Source: a virus
Taxonomy: Duplodnaviria; Caudoviricetes
DNA: 64,000 nt
Virus record (IMG/VR): IMGVR_UViG_3300032038_000028
Span: 1-64,000 of that record
Direction: 5' to 3' (one strand)
Part shown: positions 56,903 through 64,000 of the stretch, in pieces
How the letters are laid out: every line of letters starts with the position of its first letter
Numbering within the stretch: the stretch's first letter is position 1
Program-made: the position numbers and the translations under genes
Notes under the pieces: generated by a model
What the model was told of the DNA's origin: nothing
The model's database searches: none
What the model saw: only the letters and a program-made list of their open reading frames with translations

Positions 56903-57655
56903 TTATTTGTAGTCGCATACGGATCTGGTGTCGCAGAGGTTATGACAGAAGAACCAGTCCGGCATGGGAAGGAAGACCTTGGAGTTCTCGATCCGCTTGA
57001 TGCTGTCGATGGCCCAGTTGACGGCTTCTAGCTCGCCGGCTGCCGAATACGGTTCCTCGATACGGATGCCGGACTTGAAACAGTTGAAGACCAGCTTGGT
57101 CACCTGCCCGAACTTCAGCTCCCGGCAGGCATGGGCATATAAATAGAGCTGGCGCAGATACCGATCCAGCTCCTGATCCTTGATGGTGGGTTTGCGTTTG
57201 CCGGAGCGCGGCTGCAGGTCATGGCTCTTGTGATCCATGATGACCAGCCCGCCATTTTCACGGTAGAGCAGGTCGGCAATGCCGATGAAGCGGTACTTGC
57301 CGACATGGAATTTCAGCCGCTGCTCGACGCCGACGATGTCGTCCGGCGTGTAGATGTCCTGGGCGAAGTAGTTGAGTCCGCTGGTGAGGTAACGGCTTCT
57401 GCGTTTGGAATCCGTTTCCGGCAGGGTGATGAACTGGCGGATGAAAGTAGGGATGATCTGTTCCTTTTGGATCTCGCCCTTGTACCAGCGCTCGTGAAGC
57501 TCGTGGACGAGGGAGCCGTAGGCGGAGAAGAAATTCTGTTCCCCGCGCTGGGCTTCCCCGTACAGATACTTCTGAGCGAAGCCCCACGGGCATTGCTCGA
57601 AGGACTGGAGTCTGGAGTAGCTCCAGACCCAGTCGTCAAAAAGTATGCTTGCCAT
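56903..57655 (-). CDS. PD-(D/E)XK exonuclease (RecB/Cas4-like)
   Basis: WSYSRL..FEQCP, GIADL...DHKS, QLYLY, C-terminal C...C.....C. Confidence 0.85.
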   Translation of the reverse strand: MASILFDDWVWSYSRLQSFEQCPWGFAQKYLYGEAQRGEQNFFSAYGSLVHELHERWYKGEIQKEQIIPTFIRQFITLPETDSKRRSRYLTSGLNYFAQDIYTPDDIVGVEQRLKFHVGKYRFIGIADLLYRENGGLVIMDHKSHDLQPRSGKRKPTIKDQELDRYLRQLYLYAHACRELKFGQVTKLVFNCFKSGIRIEEPYSAAGELEAVNWAIDSIKRIENSKVFLPMPDWFFCHNLCDTRSVCDYK

Positions 57656-57667
57656 GACGGCACCGCC

Positions 57668-58045
57668 TTAGAAGGGCAGCTCGTCGGTGTCTTCTTCCAC
57701 TGCAGGAGCAGCCTTGGGCGCGGCAGCAGAAGACTTTGTTCCGGATCCACCCTTGCTGTCGGCCATCTCGAAGTCCCAGACGCAGAAGGTGTAGCGGTTG
57801 ATTTTCTTTTCCTTGTCATACTGAGAGGTGACGCTGGTCTGCAGGAGCTTGACGCGATCCTTCTCCTTCAGCTTCGCTGCTTTCCTGGCGGCGTCTCCGC
57901 TGAAGAAAGCGTAGTCACCGAAGTCGTTGATGTACTCGCCAGTCTTCTTGTCCTTATAGGACGTGGAAATACGGACCTTCATGGAAGATCCACGGGTAGG
58001 TTTGACTTCCCAGACGGTTGCAAAAGCGTTGTCACGAAATGCCAT
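57668..58045 (-). CDS. ssb: Single-stranded DNA-binding protein
   Basis: OB-fold-sized, acidic C-terminal DELPF tail. Confidence 0.8.
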   Translation of the reverse strand: MAFRDNAFATVWEVKPTRGSSMKVRISTSYKDKKTGEYINDFGDYAFFSGDAARKAAKLKEKDRVKLLQTSVTSQYDKEKKINRYTFCVWDFEMADSKGGSGTKSSAAAPKAAPAVEEDTDELPF

Positions 58046-58060
58046 AGTGCTGGTTCCTCC

Positions 58061-58786
58061 TTACTTCTGTTGCTTATCCAGATAAGCGCTGACGGCGGCG
58101 TAGATGTTCTGCGCGTCCTCAAGCGACTTGATCTTCAGGTAGTTGCTGGACGGTTTTCCGTCGATCTTCAGGTTCTTCTTGATCAGGGCGGTGATCTCAG
58201 CCTTGTTTTCCTCGGTCAGGTTGGCGCGGATCAGGGTGTCCAGCTGGCCGACCAGCAGGGTGACGGCTGCGGCTTCCTCTGCATCCGCTGCTTCGCTCTT
58301 CTTGCGTTTCCATTCGTCGGGATCATCTTCCGGCGTGGCGATGCCGAAAAACTTCATCATGAAGTAGCGGTTGGAGTAGGTGAAGGAAGAGCCGACGGCC
58401 TGAGAGTCGTCCGCCTGCGATCCGACGAGCGGCCAGGGGACGACGATCGCATCGTCCGGGTTGTCAGTGTTGACGACCCTGAAGTTCAGCCAGCCGCGCA
58501 CGCAGTATTCCGACTGCGGATCGTCGATGTAGGACTGGGTCGCCTTGTCGAACTTCTTCTTGATGAAGTCCCGGCGCTCGATGCTGAAGGACGACATGTC
58601 CGGGATGGGGTAAATGAAGAGGTTGTACTTGTCCAGACCGGCTTTGACCTTGGCCAGAACCTCGTCTTCTGATACGTAGCGGTAGCCGTAGCCGGACTTG
58701 TTCTTGGCGATGACGTCCGCAATGGAGCGGACCTTCGCCAGCTTCTGCCACAGATTCATGGTGGCGGTGTCGATGCTTTCTGCCAT
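58061..58786 (-). CDS. ERF-family single-strand annealing recombinase
   Basis: GYGYRY, GSSFTY..RY....FGIA...DDPD. Confidence 0.85.
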   Translation of the reverse strand: MAESIDTATMNLWQKLAKVRSIADVIAKNKSGYGYRYVSEDEVLAKVKAGLDKYNLFIYPIPDMSSFSIERRDFIKKKFDKATQSYIDDPQSEYCVRGWLNFRVVNTDNPDDAIVVPWPLVGSQADDSQAVGSSFTYSNRYFMMKFFGIATPEDDPDEWKRKKSEAADAEEAAAVTLLVGQLDTLIRANLTEENKAEITALIKKNLKIDGKPSSNYLKIKSLEDAQNIYAAVSAYLDKQQK

Positions 58787-58872
58787 ACAAACTCCTTTGC
58801 AGTTTCAATAAAAAAGGTCAGCCGGCCGGGATGACTCAGGTCAACTGACGCATAATAAGGGAGTATCCTATA

Positions 58873-60015
58873 TCAGGATGCAAAAGACTCGTCTCCGGCG
58901 ACCAGACGATCGCGGATCTGTTCGAGGCGGTCGATCAGGTTGTTGACCATCAGGTACGCCGTTCCGGCGCGGTCTCCGCACAGAGGGCGCGGATCATTGG
59001 CGACCTCAGAGAAGGCACTCATACAGGCGGAGATCAGAGAGCTGACCAGTTCGATGTCCGCCCCTGCCTGAGCTTCGTCTGCATCCTTCATGTACTGGTC
59101 GCGTTCCTCAGTGAGCCGGGCAATCTCGGCGGAATCCCCGCCCTGTTCGTCGAGCAGTTTTTCCATGGCGTCCATACGCTTCTCGTGATCCGCTTCAGCT
59201 TTTTTCAGCTGACGCTTCGCTTCCTGAAGCGCCTCGTAAGTGTTGCGTTCCTTGGTTTGCAGATCTTGAATCTTCTGACGCAGTTCCAGTTCCCCGTCGC
59301 CATTCTGGTACTCGGCAAGTCTTGCCTGAAGCTCTTCGACCTTCTGTGCCTGCGGGATATACTTCTCCGTCAGTTCCTTTGCCCGTTTCCGGATCTCCTC
59401 CTGTGTATACTTTTGCATGGAGTCCAACTGCATCACAAGCTCCACCTGTTGCTCCGGCGGGAGTTTTGCGATCACATCGTAGGCGACACGCGGTGGAATT
59501 ACACCGCATTCCACCATGTCCTGCACAGGCTCCGGCATCACAGACAACGCTTTCGCACAGTTGGCAACCTTTTTATCGATGCCAAGATGTTCCTGAATAT
59601 CCTTGCGGCTGACGGTGCCCGCACCGGGCTTTCCGCCAGAGGAACGTTTATCCGCGCCGTAGATCCGCTCATACTCTTTCATGATCCGTCCGAGCTTGAC
59701 GGAAGGAAAGTTGATTATCCCGCGCTGGCGGAGATTGGATTCCATCAGGGCCAGCAGGATATCGTCTTCCGGGCATTCGCCTTTCGGCTGGTAAACGTAG
59801 CAGCGGACGGTGGGAATGTTCAGTGCCAGACAGGCGCGCCAGCGCTGATGACCGGAGATGATAGTGCCATCTTCGGTAATCATCAGTGGATGCAGGATGC
59901 CTTCCCGCTGGACGGAGGTCAGGAACTCTTCCCACTTCTCTCCCTCGATATCGTCGAACAGGTACTCATTCATCGGATGCGGCTTCAGGTCAGCGACTTT
60001 CTTTTCAATCAGCAT
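58873..60015 (-). CDS. ParB/Srx N-terminal domain protein with coiled coil
   Basis: LKPHP.N, GILHPL, ISGHQRWRAC, ESNLRQR. Confidence 0.85.
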   Translation of the reverse strand: MLIEKKVADLKPHPMNEYLFDDIEGEKWEEFLTSVQREGILHPLMITEDGTIISGHQRWRACLALNIPTVRCYVYQPKGECPEDDILLALMESNLRQRGIINFPSVKLGRIMKEYERIYGADKRSSGGKPGAGTVSRKDIQEHLGIDKKVANCAKALSVMPEPVQDMVECGVIPPRVAYDVIAKLPPEQQVELVMQLDSMQKYTQEEIRKRAKELTEKYIPQAQKVEELQARLAEYQNGDGELELRQKIQDLQTKERNTYEALQEAKRQLKKAEADHEKRMDAMEKLLDEQGGDSAEIARLTEERDQYMKDADEAQAGADIELVSSLISACMSAFSEVANDPRPLCGDRAGTAYLMVNNLIDRLEQIRDRLVAGDESFAS

Positions 60016-60345
60016 TTGCTTTGTTCTCCTTCACAGTTTCTGGGAACCGGTTCCGCGGACAGTATAACGCCGTTCCGGCAAATCCGTGCTGCAAGATTTT
60101 GACGATTTTCAAAAAATTTTTTGTCGACTATTTATGCTGATGGATCAGGCTGATTTGCCGATCCTCAGAATACAGATGCACGATTTGTACAGTTTGGTAT
60201 TTTCTGTACATGCAAATTCATAATTCGTTCATATCTAACAAAGTGACTGTGATTCCAGCAAGAATGACACCGAAGAAGGTGCCGGCTCCGAAAGCGAAGA
60301 ATGCGATCATCCACGGATTCATGGTCATCACTCCCCAGTCACTGG

Positions 60346-60498
60346 TTACAGATACGGATTCATCTGCGTATAGGTTTTGGCACCGGGCAACTCTTTCTTC
60401 TTCCGGCGGCGGATGACATCACGGAGCCAGAAGAGGGCGGCGGCGAATCCAAGGGCGAAGGCGGCGATTCCGATCAGGACAATCCAGTACCAGCTCAT
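60346..60498 (-). CDS. Small membrane protein
   Basis: MSWYWIVLIGIAAFALGFAAALFWL plus basic tail; AAAGGAG RBS. Confidence 0.55.
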   Translation of the reverse strand: MSWYWIVLIGIAAFALGFAAALFWLRDVIRRRKKKELPGAKTYTQMNPYL

Positions 60499-60512
60499 AG
60501 GCTTTTCTCCTT

Positions 60513-60923
60513 TCAGGCGCCGAACATGATGTCGCCATTCGGCAGGTGGACGGTGACACACTGCGAAGTTTTACCCGCGCACTTCGGCTTTTCGGGGACC
60601 GGGACTCCCTTTCCGCGGTAGTAGGTATTCCGGTCATCCATGTAGGCGACGTGCGTGACGCCGATGACGGGCTCCAGTCGGGAGACGTTGGCCAGCTGCA
60701 GGACGAAGTCGAGCACTTCCTGTGTGGGGATGATGGCGATGATGGAATCCACCACGCCGGGCATCTCCCCGTTCTTCGTCTTGCACATGACGTGGTCGCC
60801 TTTTTTGACACCGTCTACAGGAACGCGGAACAGGTAACGGGTTCCGTTCTGGAGAACCTGTGCCAGTCCGATGGGGAACTTGAGGTCGGTATACTGCGTT
60901 GCGGTTTCAGTGTTCTGCTTCAT
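60513..60923 (-). CDS. Hypothetical protein (136 aa)
   Basis: AAAGGAG RBS; YLF...VKKGD.V.C.T..G. Confidence 0.6.
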   Translation of the reverse strand: MKQNTETATQYTDLKFPIGLAQVLQNGTRYLFRVPVDGVKKGDHVMCKTKNGEMPGVVDSIIAIIPTQEVLDFVLQLANVSRLEPVIGVTHVAYMDDRNTYYRGKGVPVPEKPKCAGKTSQCVTVHLPNGDIMFGA

Positions 60924-60936
60924 AGCGTTTCTCCTT

Positions 60937-61122
60937 TCATTCCTCTGCGGTCAGCAGGTAGGACACGTCGCCCTGTACCCACACGTAACCGTTCTGCTCG
61001 ACGGTGGCGGCCATGACGATGGCTGTCATGTTCTCTGTCACGGTAAAGGTTGCGACGTTGTCGCGGTTGATCCAGATGGGTCGGCCTTCCAGGTCGACGC
61101 ACTGCACAAAAGGGTTTTTCAT
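60937..61122 (-). CDS. Hypothetical protein (61 aa)
   Basis: AAAGGA RBS; GRPIWIN motif. Confidence 0.55.
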   Translation of the reverse strand: MKNPFVQCVDLEGRPIWINRDNVATFTVTENMTAIVMAATVEQNGYVWVQGDVSYLLTAEE

Positions 61123-61271
61123 ATGGTTCCTTTCTCCGGCTCAGCGGATTCCGACAGGATGACTGATGTCATATATATGCACACGGGCCGGCTGACTGCG
61201 AATCAACAGGCCCGTGAAACAGAGGAGGGCGGTGAACACGATCACCGCAAAGGCTGATATCAGCGTACGTT

Positions 61272-61490
61272 TCATGCGTATGGATCCTTTCCGTATTTCT
61301 CAATGTATTCCGGCTCAAACGGATCGGCCTGACTGGTACAGCAGGAGCAGCCGATGACGTCTCCGCCGCTGTCCAGTACGAAATACTCCGGGTCTTCTTC
61401 ATTACAATAGGGGCAGTATACGTGATCCCCTTCCGGCGGGCCGAACAGCTCGGCTTCCCGGATCCACGGGGCGTCCGGCAGTTGCTTCAT
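61272..61490 (-). CDS. Zinc-finger-like hypothetical protein
   Basis: CPYC...GCSCC. Confidence 0.6.
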   Translation of the reverse strand: MKQLPDAPWIREAELFGPPEGDHVYCPYCNEEDPEYFVLDSGGDVIGCSCCTSQADPFEPEYIEKYGKDPYA

Positions 61491-61496
61491 ACTTCA

Positions 61497-61901
61497 TCAC
61501 TTCCCGATAATTCTTCCGCGTTCTTCCCCGCGGCACATGTACAGGCGTTTTGAATTCTTCTCGGTGATCTTCCGCATCTGCCCGACGACTTCTCCAAAGC
61601 GCTTGACTGCGTCCGGGTTGGCATTGGCCCATGCAACCAGTGGCTGCAGCAGCTCGTACTGATCCTTGGCGACCCGGCGCTTCCGCCGTACCTTGCCGAG
61701 GCGCTGGGCCAGCTTGGCCCGTTCCGCGTAGGGCGGGGTCAGCAGCTCCAGCTCGTGCAGGATATCCTGCTGGGTGCCTTCGTGTTCCAGAATCTCGTCT
61801 GAAAGAGACGCCGCTTCCCTGTCCGCTGTACGGATCAGATCCCACGCGGCTTCAACGTCTTTGATGGTGATCAATCTGAGTCTCTCCTTTCTGAAAGGCA
61901 T
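61497..61901 (-). CDS. Coiled-coil hypothetical protein (likely true start is the TTG near 61874)
   Basis: QQDILHELEL...RRKRRVAKD; GAAAGGAG RBS before LITIK. Confidence 0.6.
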   Translation of the reverse strand: MPFRKERLRLITIKDVEAAWDLIRTADREAASLSDEILEHEGTQQDILHELELLTPPYAERAKLAQRLGKVRRKRRVAKDQYELLQPLVAWANANPDAVKRFGEVVGQMRKITEKNSKRLYMCRGEERGRIIGK

Positions 61902-61952
61902 AAAAAAAGAGTGCCCGATGTCGGGCAGTTGGGGGTCTGTGATTTATTTAAT

Positions 61953-62171
61953 TCACTCTTCGCAAATTGCTTCCAATCCATAGTCAACCTCTATGCTATT
62001 TATTTTTTGTTTATTATTTACCGCGAAGTGTGACACACCACCACACCGTTTGCAAAAATACGTTACACAACTGAGCGCACCAGATATAGTCGCTCCTCTT
62101 TCCATTTGACCGTTACACCAGAAACATTGAATCTCTAATGGTATAAATGTGTTTCTGCTGTTCATATTCAA
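61953..62171 (-). CDS. Low-GC Zn-ribbon protein
   Basis: CFWC...CKRC; AGGAG RBS. Confidence 0.5.
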   Translation of the reverse strand: MNMNSRNTFIPLEIQCFWCNGQMERGATISGALSCVTYFCKRCGGVSHFAVNNKQKINSIEVDYGLEAICEE

Positions 62172-62347
62172 AACTCCTATTTATTTAACCATGTTGTTTC
62201 CTGTTGTACTCTTCAATTGTGAAATCCAGCTCACGGTTGAAGTCTTGCAGCAGGCATTCATCGCATGAATGACAACAATCAATGCAATAATAATCGATCA
62301 ACTTGCTGACGTCTGATGTGGTCATTTTCTGTGGATCAACAGGCATC

Positions 62348-62959
62348 TTACGCGCTCACCTCTGACAGGTAGTCCTTCCTGATCATCGTCAGCTCGGCGA
62401 TGAAGGCGTCCAGCGATCCTGCGTCGAAGATGGCGACCTCCGACGATCCATTGGTAACCGTCAGGGTGCCGGTCTTTCCGTCCGTTTCCACTTCGTACTG
62501 GCACTCCAGACCCTTCAGCTTCACCGTACGTCTGCTGCTTACGACAGTGCAGACTGGAGTGCGGGCTGTGACAACAGGGGCTGCAGTCACAGGTGCCGCC
62601 GGGACTTCCACAGGAGCCTGCGCTTCCGGCTGAAGTTTCTTTTTCCGGTTGGGCCCGAGATCAGCAATGTACTTTTTAACGGTCTTCCAGCTCAGGCCGA
62701 CATGTTCCGCAATGGTGTTGATCGACTTGCCGTCCAGGTACATCTCCCGCATGGAATCAACGAGCTTGGTGGTCACGACACAACGCTTGCCCTTCCTCGG
62801 CTGGACGGGCTGGCGAATGTCCGGGCCGATATAGCGGAGGATGGTGGCAGGATGAACGTCCAGTCTCTCGGCGATCTGCCGGTTGGTGAGATGATCCTCG
62901 TTCCGCATGTGCAGAAGCTCGGCAACAGAAACAGATTTTGTCAGCGGTTCCTTTACCAT
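62348..62959 (-). CDS. Double helix-turn-helix DNA-binding protein
   Basis: TNRQIAERLDVHPATILRY and SINTIAEHVGLSWKTVKKY. Confidence 0.75.
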   Translation of the reverse strand: MVKEPLTKSVSVAELLHMRNEDHLTNRQIAERLDVHPATILRYIGPDIRQPVQPRKGKRCVVTTKLVDSMREMYLDGKSINTIAEHVGLSWKTVKKYIADLGPNRKKKLQPEAQAPVEVPAAPVTAAPVVTARTPVCTVVSSRRTVKLKGLECQYEVETDGKTGTLTVTNGSSEVAIFDAGSLDAFIAELTMIRKDYLSEVSA

Positions 62960-62977
62960 ATGCGATTCTCCTTCCAA

Positions 62978-63005
62978 TAAAAAAGCACCCGGCGACCGGA
63001 TGCTG
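62978..63005 (-). terminator. Intrinsic terminator in the leader of the HTH gene
   Basis: - strand AGCATCCGG-TCG-CCGGGTGCT-TTTTT. Confidence 0.6.
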
Positions 63006-63017
63006 TTTTGTGGTTCC

Positions 63018-63046
63018 ATTATACAGTTTTGTGTGGGTGGTGTCAA
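63018..63046 (-). promoter_or_regulatory. Consensus SigA promoter
   Basis: - strand TTGACA-17 bp-TATAAT. Confidence 0.85.
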
Positions 63047-63052
63047 ATGAAG

Positions 63053-63086
63053 AGGGCTAACCGGGACGTACGTCCCGGTTAGCCCT
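63053..63086. repeat. Perfect 34-bp palindrome
   Basis: AGGGCTAACCGGGACGT|ACGTCCCGGTTAGCCCT with no spacer. Confidence 0.95.
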
Positions 63087-63178
63087 AATAATGTCTCTTA
63101 CCGGGGTAGTTGCCCCGATTACATTGTAACTCTGCAACGATCTTTGCCAGCTCCGCGGCCTCCGTTTCCGTCAAACCG

Positions 63179-63451
63179 CTATTCTATGGCCGACCCCAGG
63201 CTGTCGAGCGCTTCGCCTATACTCACGAGCACGTCGTCCAGCGTGAGCCCCGCATCGTCCAAATTCACCACAGCCTCCTCGCCCTTCTCATACCGCTCCG
63301 ACCCCTGCAGATTCTCCGGAATACAGTCCAGCGCCTCCTGTTCCTCGTCCTGTATATCCCCGACGACGCTCCGCAGTTCTTCCAGCCTTGATCTCACATC
63401 ACAGATCTCATCGAACACGGTGCTGATTCTCTCTCTGCGTTCCTTATTCAT
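63179..63451 (-). CDS. Hypothetical phage protein
   Basis: MNKERR...DEEQEALD.IPENLQ.SERYE. Confidence 0.7.
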   Translation of the reverse strand: MNKERRERISTVFDEICDVRSRLEELRSVVGDIQDEEQEALDCIPENLQGSERYEKGEEAVVNLDDAGLTLDDVLVSIGEALDSLGSAIE

Positions 63452-63656
63452 CCTGCTCCGCCTCCCATTTCTTCTGCTCGTCCACAAACTCGTTCCACCA
63501 TTCCGCGAAATCCTCTGCGGTCAGATCTTCCGGGACATCATACCCGGCGGCACGGAAACGCACCAGATCGCTGGCGGCGGTTTTTACGTCCAGCTCCAGA
63601 TCATATCCTACACGGCTGTTCAGCCAGTAATTTTTTACCCATTCATACGGCGTCAT
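63444..63656 (-). CDS. Hypothetical protein (70 aa)
   Basis: GGAGGAG RBS, overlaps neighbours. Confidence 0.55.
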   Translation of the reverse strand: MTPYEWVKNYWLNSRVGYDLELDVKTAASDLVRFRAAGYDVPEDLTAEDFAEWWNEFVDEQKKWEAEQDE

Positions 63657-63955
63657 CTGCTGCTCCTCCTCTCCACAATGTAGCCGCGCAGGGTGCGCTT
63701 GGGATCGTCCTGCCAGTCCCGGTCGGCCGGATACCAGACAGGGAGGATGACAGAATCAGCGTAGCAGGAGAAAGCGGAATCATGCCTTTCCCGGTACCGT
63801 TCATCCCGGCACAGCTGCTCGGCTTCCTTCCGGGTGATCTGCTCGCAACCTGCCTGCTTTGCCCGCTCTTCCTGCTCGGGCGTCTCAGTGTATCCCAAAG
63901 AGTACTGGTTGGCGAAGTCTCCGCGCCTGATCCAGTAATGTTTCTTCATACGCAT
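63653..63955 (-). CDS. Hypothetical protein (100 aa)
   Basis: AAGGAG RBS, ATGA overlap. Confidence 0.55.
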   Translation of the reverse strand: MRMKKHYWIRRGDFANQYSLGYTETPEQEERAKQAGCEQITRKEAEQLCRDERYRERHDSAFSCYADSVILPVWYPADRDWQDDPKRTLRGYIVERRSSR

Positions 63956-64000
63956 TCTCCTTACCGTCCGAGGATGACGTCAGAGATCACGGCGTGATCC

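Noticed and set aside
56903-57655. Cas4 / CRISPR-Cas system
   Set aside because: The nuclease sits in a standard exonuclease-SSB-ERF recombination module; no CRISPR array or other cas genes were seen.
1-64000. Stop-codon reassignment
   Set aside because: Genes are full length and densely packed under the standard bacterial code; TAA and TGA end many genes and TAG ends at least two.

Overview
A 64-kb segment of a large temperate tailed phage (siphovirus-like, probably infecting a Clostridia/Firmicutes host; GC-rich, roughly 60% by eye), read in its excised (attP) form. The + strand from 1 to about 41.2 kb is the tail/lysis module: tail tube protein, RecU-like resolvase, a 2.4-kaa multidomain tail protein, three paralogous accessory proteins, a tyrosine recombinase, a frameshifted SpoIID + NlpC/P60-SH3 lysin, baseplate proteins, holins and a 4430-aa tape measure protein. 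At 41.2-43.5 kb lie an attP site (3' half of tRNA-Val GAC), an integrase and a candidate type I toxin. The - strand from 43.5 to 64 kb carries nucleotide-metabolism, replication and early genes (dUTPase, HPr-like, ArgR-like, HNH, NrdG/NrdD/glutaredoxin, ThyX, DnaE, primase-helicase, PD-(D/E)XK nuclease, SSB, ERF recombinase, ParB-like). Most notable: (1) an AT-rich metallophosphoesterase cassette fused in frame to a shared tail-anchor module, bracketed exactly by two inverted recombinase-type sites with different spacers and followed by a tyrosine recombinase, a candidate natural cassette-exchange system; (2) ARG-box-like sites beside the attP core plus a phage-encoded ArgR homolog that lacks the arginine-binding motif; (3) 74-bp inverted repeats flanking the whole attP-integrase module. 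All protein calls come from motif recognition by eye; no database searches were run.
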